64,000 nucleotides of DNA from Xylographa opegraphella (Eukaryota), in NCBI GenBank assembly GCA_022813865.1, contig JALDZX010000038.1, positions 124,001 to 188,000 of the forward strand, given 5' to 3'. Shown in pieces: positions 39,769 to 49,266 of the stretch. The position numbers and the translations under genes are program-made. The notes beneath the pieces were generated by a model that was not told the DNA's origin, did no database searches, and saw nothing but the letters and a program-made list of their open reading frames with translations. The first letter of the stretch is position 1. Each line of letters opens with the position of its first letter.

Positions 39769-40401
39769 TCAGCCACCGCCGCCTTCCACGACCCGCCTCA
39801 ACTCTCCCATCCGTCTCCCGAATGTCTCCACCAGCCCCTCCAGCCCCAGCCCCTCAACCTCTTCTGCCTTCAGCCCTTCGGTCCCCTCGATCCTTAGTAT
39901 TAACCCACCCTCCCCACCACCACCCCCTTCCAGCGTCGGCGCTTTCCCAATCTCCGCGCTCAGCACCTGCCAGTCGCCCGTCAGGCTATGCACGGACTCC
40001 ACAGCGGTACCCGAAGCAGCGAGGTTGAGAAGCACGTAGCGCTCCTGTGTCTCCGGAACCGCTCTCGGGGGTAAACTCGCACCGCTCGACTGGTTCGCCC
40101 GGGGCTGGGCGGCCTGGGAATCGTGGATGTGGAGGAGGGTGTTGGTCAAGAGGTCGGAGTCGTCGTCGGAGAAAATGTAGTGGACCGTGGGGTGATGGGT
40201 GGTGGGCGAGTGGGCGTCTTCAATGAGGGTGAAGAAGGGGCTGAAGGGTTGGGAGGCTGCCTCCGTTGTGGAAGGCTCGGCGGGTGGGGAGGGAGGGATT
40301 TGTGTTGTGGTGGAGTCTTCGGAGAGGTCTTTTGGTAGAGCGGAAGGAAGCAGGGGTGATACTGCTGCGCGAGAGGGAAGCGGGGTGGTGGGGCGGGGCA
40401 T
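39769..40401 (-). CDS. Conserved fungal protein, candidate Atg31-like autophagy factor
   Basis: Single-exon 210-aa ORF; HPTVHYIFSDDD, YVLLNLAASG, SLTGDWQVL and C-terminal helix LEGLVETFGRRMGELRRVV. Confidence 0.7.
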   Translation of the reverse strand: MPRPTTPLPSRAAVSPLLPSALPKDLSEDSTTTQIPPSPPAEPSTTEAASQPFSPFFTLIEDAHSPTTHHPTVHYIFSDDDSDLLTNTLLHIHDSQAAQPRANQSSGASLPPRAVPETQERYVLLNLAASGTAVESVHSLTGDWQVLSAEIGKAPTLEGGGGGEGGLILRIEGTEGLKAEEVEGLGLEGLVETFGRRMGELRRVVEGGGG

Positions 40402-41006
40402 TTGTGGTGTGGGATGGATATGGTTGTTGGAGGAGGGGGTTAGCGGAGATAAGAAATAGCGGAAGCTTTTATGGAGTTCGCGATGACTAAGCTAGGGTTT
40501 CTTATAGATGTGATTTGACTCAGTTGAACGACTGAGGCAAGATGTGATAAGAAGTCCGAGGGGCTTGAGCTACTTCATCGAGTAGAGCCTGTATTCAAGC
40601 TTTCAGTACGAGACAATATGAAGTTGCTGGCTTGCTCGCGTCCATGGAAGTAAAATTGGGAACCGTGCCCCCTTCATTCTGATGCTGAAATTCAGCAATG
40701 AACAAACGCTCCGCTACCGCTTTTGGCAGCATAATTGGCAAGACTTGATTCCTTTTGGCCTCAGCCGACTTCTTAGGAATGAGATCCTTCCACCACAGTA
40801 GTCGTCCAAATTGTCTTCATATACCTGGTGAAGACTGTCTAAAGTGGACTGGTGTGTAGCCCTAAGGATTGGCCGTCTTCTTGCGAACACGATACGCATA
40901 GGCGATACTGGATGGATTGATGATAACTATCGCATCGGTGTCCTCGGACAAATGGAGTGGTAGTGGCTGTAAAGTGACAAGATAAGTCCGGTCGTACTTC
41001 CCAAGC

Positions 41007-41443
41007 TTAGTCGTTTCCTTCGTCGCTCTGCTTCCATTCGAATTCTTGAATTCATATCAGGCAAAGTCCTAAAACGATAAAGGATATAACGTACTTTGCC
41101 TACACATAGGACATAAGCCTTTCGATGAATCTTGCTGGATCCATGTAACAAGGCAGTGCTATAAGTAATTAGTATCACTGAACTCTAGATTTCTAGGGAA
41201 TACTCACCATATGGAATGAGTGCCCGCATTTGCCAATGACTATAAATAGTTTGTCAGACAACCCTTTGTGTTGTTTGCTATCCTTTGCATGATGTACATA
41301 CGAAGAGCACAGTCGTCTCCAGGATACTTGCAGGTAGGGCACGTTCCGTCGAACTGGACCCTACATATTCCGCACACTTCGTCGTCCGGCATGTCCCATC
41401 GCCACGACGCTACTCCATTCCATTGCTTTATGACAACCTTCAT
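41007..41443 (-). CDS. APC11: Anaphase-promoting complex RING-H2 subunit 11, 4 exons
   Basis: WRWDMPDDEVCGICRVQFDGTCPTCKYPGDDC, GKCGHSFHMHCL, LCPMCRQ. Confidence 0.95.
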
Positions 41444-41735
41444 CTAGGGAGATCTCAATGAGGATCTAATACTTCCCTTTTGATAGCGAGTGACGGAAAA
41501 GTGTATAAAGTTGAAGTCTGAATCTATTATTTAATTAAGCGAATTGGTTGCGGGGTCGACACTCTGGTGTTTTCGTGTTTTCTTATCGCCAGTCAAGACA
41601 GGCACAATATTGATCAAATCCACCACTCGTTTGTGGTTCAGGGGGCTAGTGATAGTGGGCGGAAGTCTTTGGTACGTGATTCTACCAGATTAGTATACAC
41701 GGCGCAAAATTCACCAGATTGATTATTGTTAGATC

Positions 41736-42770
41736 ATGAATGTGGCGGCCTTCCGTGGCTCAAGCAGGGCTTCGTCAAAATATTACACTATCTACAAGCT
41801 GCACTCCACGTTCTGTCGGATGGCCTCTAGTGCTACAGCTGGGCACTACGAACAAATACTTATCAGCCCTAGGGAAGCTGCTGATAAAATGGCTATGAAT
41901 GAAAGTAGTCCTTCCACAAGTCGTATTGTGCCACTGTGTGCAGCATGGTTCTTACCAAATGATCCCCAAGGCCGTACCGGGCGGAAGGTTTTCGCCCAGA
42001 CACGGATACCCGGAGCACGCTTCTTCGACATTGATGGTGTCAAAGATGAAGAGTCCCCATATCCACACATGTTACCAACTGCCGAACGCTTCGCTCAAGC
42101 TATGTCCGAATTAGGACTCAAACGGGACGACGATCTGATGGTGTACGACACGCATGAGCTTGGGATATTTTCCGCACCTCGAGTTGCATGGATGTTGCAA
42201 GTCTTCGGTCATCCCAAAATTCACATCTTGAACAATTTCAGACTCTGGGTGGAACAAGGATATCCTACAACTACTGGTGAACCGTTGTCTAACGTGCAAG
42301 TCAGTACTAGCTATCCGGTACCGACTTTCGATGTGGACAGAGTCATTACTTTCAGAGGTGTAAGGGATATTGTGAAGGAGCAGGGGGGGAAGGGATCCGA
42401 AGGAGTACAAATCATTGATGCTAGGAGTGCTGGGCGGTTTTCCGGCAGCGAACCAGAACCTCGTCCAGGACTGTCCAGCGGACACATGCCGGGAAGCATC
42501 AATCTTCCTTTGCCAGAGATTCTTGATCCGAAGACGAAAGCATTTTTGCCGAAAGAAGAGCTCAAAAAGGTCTTTCAACGTAAAGGTCTCGAGCCTGAGA
42601 GGCCAATCGTGACCACATGTGGGACTGGCGTGATGGCTGCAGCCCTTGACACAGCTCTACAAGAGGCGCAGTTTGGTGCAGGGGTTGACAGGAGAGTTTA
42701 TGATGGGAGCTGGACCGAGTGGGCGCAAAGAGGGTCAGAGAAGGATGGTTTGATAGAGCAATCGACTTGA
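41736..42770 (+). CDS. TUM1: 3-mercaptopyruvate/thiosulfate sulfurtransferase (tandem rhodanese)
   Basis: RIPGARFFDID, PYPHMLP, IIDARSAGRF, SSGHMPGS, active-site CGTGV, VYDGSWTEW. Confidence 0.93.
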   Translation: MNVAAFRGSSRASSKYYTIYKLHSTFCRMASSATAGHYEQILISPREAADKMAMNESSPSTSRIVPLCAAWFLPNDPQGRTGRKVFAQTRIPGARFFDIDGVKDEESPYPHMLPTAERFAQAMSELGLKRDDDLMVYDTHELGIFSAPRVAWMLQVFGHPKIHILNNFRLWVEQGYPTTTGEPLSNVQVSTSYPVPTFDVDRVITFRGVRDIVKEQGGKGSEGVQIIDARSAGRFSGSEPEPRPGLSSGHMPGSINLPLPEILDPKTKAFLPKEELKKVFQRKGLEPERPIVTTCGTGVMAAALDTALQEAQFGAGVDRRVYDGSWTEWAQRGSEKDGLIEQST

Positions 42771-43489
42771 TATCACCACGGATCTCTCCTGCACAGCGTC
42801 ATGGAGGTACAATTGTGGACGCTGAGGCTTTGACATTATGTGCCGGCGTTTGTAGTAGATAAATTATTTGTACGAAAGCTGTCCTTCATCAACGACCAAA
42901 TCAATATATGAGTTCTTGTATGGATCAGTTGGTCGTTTGCAACCCCAACAATCATGAGAGTTTGTCTATGGAAGAGGAGTACGAGAGAGCGAAGTTCGTA
43001 CCGAGGCGACTCCGATGCCAAGCCTCGCTTCGGCGGCTAGCTCGGAAAGGAACGGGCCCTGTTTCCGGTGTCCAAATTCACATTTCGACTCCCGCTTGAC
43101 ACTACCTTATTGTTGTCTCGCAATCTTTCAAATGGTCAAACCGTCAAAGAGTTCGTGACTCACGTACCATTGCAATATTTACACATGCTGTCATATCGCG
43201 CCTCTACTGCCAGCCTCTTGGAACTCCGAGAGGCCAGAGTGACTGTTCACGATGACATGTAGGCCTTCTTCGTTCAACGGACCATTTAACATCTGTATGT
43301 AAGATACGCCGAGTTTGGGTTTAGACTGAGCTATATGTTACCATAACTACTTCCGTAGTTGTGATCTCTTCAAGCTAACCGTTTACCAATTAGGCCCTTT
43401 TGACGGGCTTGCTCGGTTTGCTTTACAGAATCCATGAAACAGACAGACTGTTCCTGAACATATTTACGTTCATCTATGATATTTCGATC

Positions 43490-45558
43490 ATGGATCACCT
43501 TACATGCGTCATTGACGCCAGAACTCTAGTGGATAGAATCCACGAGATCAAGCAATGGGTGTACAGTGATGCCATTGGCATTCATATCCCTCTCTCCAGT
43601 ACGTTCATTTTACTGTCTCTGTTCGGTTTGCATGCTGAGAACTTGAAAGCCTTCGAAAAATTTGAGGAGCTGTACCAAACATCGCTCGTCACGAAAGAAG
43701 TTCAGAAAGAATCTGCGCCTAAGAGGGCTTCAAGCAAGTCTACTCGCAAAGAAACCCCATTGTTCGACATAAACCCTCGGACAGCACGGGAGTTTTTGTT
43801 AAGAACACAAGGAGCAAACATCAACAACATATCCTTTCAGCTACCGCATGAACAATTTACGCAGTGGAGGGAGGAAGAGCAACAAGCCAACAAGGTCGAG
43901 AATCTTCCTGAAGGTCCTCCAACTAGCTTTGCTGAAGCTCTACGTCGCAAGAAATTCAATGATGAACTTGAAGCTAACGGCACTAAGGGTACGTACTGTG
44001 AACACCGCTGATGGAATTTGCTCATGTCTCCCTAGGTTCATCGAAACCGAAGCTTGTAGCTCGGTCTTCAAGCCCCAAATCTCCTTGGAAATACCACAAA
44101 GTGCCAATCATCGCTTCGTCAGAGATATCACAAGCAGCGAAACCACTCTTCAGCTGTATGTTGTGGCGGCTTCACGAATTTGAGAATAACCCGCTCATGC
44201 CAGAGACCTTCGTCCTACTAAGTAATGACAACGATACTCGCATCATCGCGCAGAAGCTCGGGATTCCTACGAAGAACACCTATGAGATCAGTCAAGCCTT
44301 AAAATTTGAAAAGGCTGGGAAAGACAATCGAGTTACTGTAGGAGAATTGGAGAACGATTTTCCTCAGATGACTTCAGCGGAAGAGGGATTAGAAAACGAA
44401 TGTCGTCATCAGCATGCTCCAGCGTTTGCTCCGCCTGACGGGTTCGATTTTGCGGTGGCAGCGTTTCCACAGCAGGATGAGGAGATTGAAGAATTGAAGG
44501 AACCCACTTCTAATGACAGGTTTACGGAGGAAGCTTCTGTGACAGTCGCAACTTCTGTTGATCTCGCGTCAAACGAAGTACCGAATCCCACCGAAGAAAC
44601 AGTGACTTCCTCCGTACTCAAACCTCTATTGACTCCAGAAATTACACCCGCAGCCGTGTTGGACAGTAATATTGACGAGCTAGAACTGGAGATCAATCAG
44701 CTATTGGCGGACAACGGTGCTGAAATGAAAGAGTCTCTATCGTCTCAGAAGAAGGATATAGGCTTGGCAGAGCCCAGCGAACAGATTGAGTACGTGGCAT
44801 TCCCGCTCACGTTCTCCCAGTCGACTCATCATGAGAAGAAAGAAGATGTCATCGATATCAAGGAAGAGAGTGATGACGATGAGGAGGTTGTGGTTTTCAA
44901 GCCAAAATCAAAGCGCTTCTCTGGCTCGAATAGATTTTCCGCCGAGCCTTCGCGACCAAAGACGGCAGATTCTATTACTGAAACCTCAGAAAGCCACACG
45001 CTACTGAGCCCATTCAAACCGCACATCATAACACAGCTGAAGCCACAGAGCCCAGTTTTCGTACCGAAATGCGAGCAAGGCCATGTTAATAGCTACTCGC
45101 AACCTCCGAAGAAGGCTACAGTCCATGCTACAGATGCGGCGTCTATACCACTTCAGAAGCCTACGCCGCCTCCGATCCAACAACAAAAACGCGTGCACAA
45201 GCCGCAGAACATACGAAGCGAAGGACTAGCTCAACGCCAGAGCCGAGAAATAATTGAACGTCAACGAGAAGTGATTAATCGTCAAGTCAAATCTCCTGCA
45301 AAACCGCCTCCACGAAAAATACAAATGCAACCAACTTCGTCTCCAACTGTCATTGACCCTGATGCGTTCGACCGTTCGTACGTCGTTCAATCGCCCAGTA
45401 TTGCGACAACTGGGACTAGCGGCAATCACCGTGTGCAAGGTGGCCGTGGTGGCCCTAGGCATGCACCTAAGACACCAGAGCCTGATTTTGAATTTGTGCT
45501 CAAGTCTGGCTCGCCTAGAGGATCTGCGCGTGGCAGAGGTAAACTATGGGTGCCATAG
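43490..45558 (+). CDS. PIN-like domain protein, candidate Nmd4 homologue
   Basis: N-terminal CVIDARTL...IKQWV...IHIPLST; FVLLSNDNDTRIIAQKLGI; C-terminal RGRGKLWVP; introns 43599-43649 and about 43989-44035. Confidence 0.7.
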
Positions 45559-47084
45559 GTTATAGATACGAGTGGATCACTAAGCTACCAAAGTAGAAAG
45601 AAGCCCTGAAATGGGTGCAGCTTTCGATCTCTCGCAGGAGGAGCCGTCTAGCTTGCTATGTGTTGGTAACGAGGCCAGCCGCAAGTTCAGTCAAAATGCC
45701 TTCCGGGTCTTCATCGCGTTATACGAACTTCTCCTGCAGATACCGAGATGGCGAAGTTTGGGCTCGAAACCAGCCTGGTCGTTTAAGCAGAGCACTAATG
45801 TAACCGTCGGGAATAGCAGTATCTAGGCATTGCACGGGGATCAACAGGAGAGAAGGATGTGCTGAAAAGTTAAATTGTCAACGAAAAGGGGGGAAATGTT
45901 GGAGTTGGATTATCATCTTGCATGTACATTGATCATTCTTGATTGCTGCATTTCTCGGATAACAAGTTTGAAGAGTTGATGTCGCTGTATACTTGCTGCG
46001 TCGAATCGAGCTTCGATATACCCCAGGAGTGTCAGTCGAGTACCGCTTAACTATGACATTTGGATCAATATCTTCCGAACCAGATAGTAAGCCCGGGATT
46101 CTGCCGCTGGGCTCATCTGACAAACTTTTTAAAACAGCGCGTTCATGGTGCCTCGAAGCACGTATAAAACGGCCGTTGCCATCGTTAGTATTGACATATG
46201 GCTTTCCTTGTTCTTGAATGGTTGATCTCTCACACAGGGAGAATGACTGATTTTCTTGGCCCACTGATCGATGCAGGCACTATCCGGTTAATTGAGACCA
46301 CTGAAGGAGCCACTTGCTGTCTTGCTCTGGACAGATAAGCCTGTATGAATGGAATCTACTCTGACAGAATGATCATGCCTACGGACTGAGTTGCCATCTC
46401 ATGACCTGAGACGGCACTATGGCCAGTCAGGTCCGACGAACAGCTTCCAGAATCTTCTGCCGACCTTTGTCTATTCATAGTGAATCAATATCATTTAGCC
46501 ATGTTTTGTTTGGAGCACGAATTTCTGTTCGCTTACTGGAGAATGACGAAGTCAATCCCCGAAGCTTTATTGGGTTGGTAAACCTCGCACTTTGATTAAG
46601 GACATGTCTCATCGAGTTGATATATCGCACAATCATAGTTTTACTTTAATCACAGATGATGTTTTCTACGTTTTATGCCAATGAGCTGCTTTTAACTGTA
46701 TTGTTTTGCGTGCTTTAACAAGCATAATCATGAGCTATATCCCGCTTGTTTTTATTCCTAATATTTTCGTTCTTTTAGCCCCTTCAATGGAAAAACTTAC
46801 TATCTTCTTCCAACGCCTCGAAAGCGAAGATAAACAGTCGTAGTCGGTCAAAGCTCAACGCCTGTCATCACCGTCAAGTCGAGGGCTTATCGGACTACAC
46901 AGGAAACTGAGACTCATAAGCATCCTACTCGTCGTCAGACTCGGGCTCAGAAATTAGGATTGCAATCGTCGCAGGGGCAGGGGCAATCGCAACCGCAATC
47001 GCAATCACAATTGCATCGAAAAAGAGCTCGATTTCGGGATGGGTCCGGGCCTCACTTAAAGAGATCACGGACGGCTCCTCGTCC

Positions 47085-47179
47085 TGTTGGTCCGAGTGCA
47101 GAAGTCCTGCTGCGTCGAGTGCAATAAGTTCTGCTGTGTTGAGCGCAAGAACTCCTGCGTCTCCGAGTGCCAAAAGATT
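47085..47179. repeat. Second array of the same 24-bp unit, 4 units
   Basis: tgttggtccgagtgca-gaagtcc / tgctgcgtcgagtgcaataagttc / tgctgtgttgagcgcaagaactcc / tgcgtctccgagtgccaaaagatt. Confidence 0.8.
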
Positions 47180-47252
47180 GGGAAGAAACTCGGCACACCA
47201 CAGTAACCTGGGATCAGGATCAGGATTGAGACTCCGGGTCGGAGTTTATGGC

Positions 47253-47491
47253 TGCTGATTCGCTTGCAAGAATTCCTGCTGATTCGCGTGTAAGAAGTAC
47301 TGCTGGTTCGCGTGTAAGAAGTCCTGCTGATTCGCGTGTAGAAGTCCTGCTGATTCGAGTTCATGAACTCCTGGTGTTTCGCGTGCAAGAAGTCCTGATG
47401 AAAAGCGTGCAAGAAGTCCCGCAGATTGGAGTGCAAGAAGTCCCACTGGTTGGACTGTAAAAAGTCTTGCTGATTGGAGTGCACGAAGTCC
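47253..47491. repeat. 24-bp minisatellite array, 10 units
   Basis: Consensus about TGCTGATTCGCGTGCAAGAAGTCC; nine 24-nt units and one 23-nt unit. Confidence 0.9.
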
Positions 47492-48740
47492 GGAAAGAAA
47501 CTCGGCCAAAGACTTGGGTGTATCATTATCAGGATTGGACTCTGAGGCGGAGTTGTCAGCCGATTCGAGCTCACAAAGTCCGGAAGGCAACTCGGCCAAC
47601 CCTTCAGTCCCGGTATTAGAACTGGGCGCCAAGTGGGCACTTGTGTCAGCTGATTTGAGATGGCAAGGTACGGAAGGCAACACGCCATGGTACCCATGAA
47701 TATCGCAGATAAGACAGCAATTGCAACCGAAATTGCAATCATTGTCGCAGTTACAAGATCCGCGATCGAAAGTGAAATTGCTTTTGTTTATTTCGGTTTC
47801 GCTTCGGACCTCATCCTCAGACGAGTTGAGTTCGATTCCGGATTCCGTCCGCCCCTTCTCTGGAGTCGTGGAGCTCGTTTGGAAGAGTTTGCGCCGTATC
47901 CGGGAGAGTTCGCACCATAGCGCGAAGAGTACGAAAAGAACCAGGCTCCGCATGAGGATAACGACTACTAAGTACACGATGAGCGTCACGATCAGAATGT
48001 GGACCAACCGGACAGAAAATGGGGTTGGTGCATCTATCACGTTGAGCTGCTGGATCATGCAGATGCAAGCTGATTCTGCACTTGACGGTACAGCAATGCT
48101 GAAGGCAGGGGGCCGCTCGACGGGAGTGGACATGGTTGGTGTAAGATGGTAGTGGTGACTTGAGGTACTGGTGACCTTTTGAGTTTCGAAGCTTGAGATG
48201 TTGAAGCTGAGTTTGGCTTCTGAAGTTTTGAAGTGATGTTCGATGTCGCGGAGCCGTACTAAGAGGAGGAAATGGAGATAACAAGCTATTTATAGGAAAC
48301 GGTGAAGCTTGATACAAAAATACAGAGAATATAGAAAACGTGGTAACAAAGTAGATTGTTACTGATTGATTGGGATACTCGGAGGCTCTTTGACAGCTAG
48401 AACAACGAGCGATGGCCTATTGTTTGATCGCTCATGCTGATAACAATGAGATTGTATACTTTGAGTGAATCACAAGTGAATACCCATTATGCGAATCTGG
48501 CGGATTTTGGCCGTCACCATCTCTCTTTGATGGTGTGGACAAAGACCATCCACCATCTGGTCGGTATCCAGTATACTTTCTCCTCAGGCGTTCTTCACTA
48601 GCCATAGCTCGGCATCAACAGTTATTTGGATGTATCCAGTCCTTACAGTGGCCTTGACACGGGTTGGTGCAGATTAGTCCGAGATCCCGCTCGTGATCTC
48701 GGCCTAGTGTATACGTCTGAGATAGCATTCGTTTTGAATC

Positions 48741-48803
48741 CTATACCAGTCTCATCGAGTACTGATTCGGTTTGGACTTCTATGCCAGTCTCATCGAGTA
48801 CTG
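48741..48803. repeat. Direct repeat, 24 bp with a 39-bp period
   Basis: ctataccagtctcatcgagtactg (48741) and ctatgccagtctcatcgagtactg (48780). Confidence 0.85.
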
Positions 48804-49266
48804 CAACGGTCAATGCCGTCCCTCCCCATAAGGAGTATAACACGGTCATCTTGTGCGATTACTCAGTTGAGATGCTGAACTTTATAGAGTGGAGACATAA
48901 TCCGTTAAATACAACATACTACTATTCCCACGAGTCAATGCTATTTTGCAACTGAGGAAATTCCCTCACCTGACTTAGTTTTTATACAACATTCATCGTC
49001 TCCTCGATATGACTTAGGTGGGTCAAGCACAGCCTCTTGGCGGTGTAACAGAGACGTGGAACTCTGGTCAATCACGAAAGCGGAACTTGATACCGTGTAC
49101 GGGTTGTACGGGCCCCCACTCTGGACGGTGGTCAGATGATAGTTTCGTGAGGTGAATTGATGTTCTTTCATTATCCTCGTTTCTTGGGCTTTCTCAATAG
49201 CATTGTCTGGATCATTTTTACAAGTCTTTGTGTTTTACAAGCTTTAAAGTGGAATAACGTCAGATT

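Larger units (their letters stand above)
46925..48133 (-). pseudogene. Orphan membrane-anchored repeat gene, possibly frameshifted or degenerate
   Basis: ORF 48133-47246 has a hydrophobic segment (ILIVTLIVYLVVVIL) and 8-aa repeats; the repeat register is split across three reading frames. Confidence 0.45.

Noticed and set aside
47085..47491. CRISPR-like appearance of the 24-bp repeats
   Set aside because: Units are head-to-tail without unique spacers, the context is eukaryotic and no cas genes are present
47826..47845. GTTCGATTCC resembling a tRNA T-loop/B-box
   Set aside because: No cloverleaf or acceptor stem around it, and it lies inside the orphan ORF
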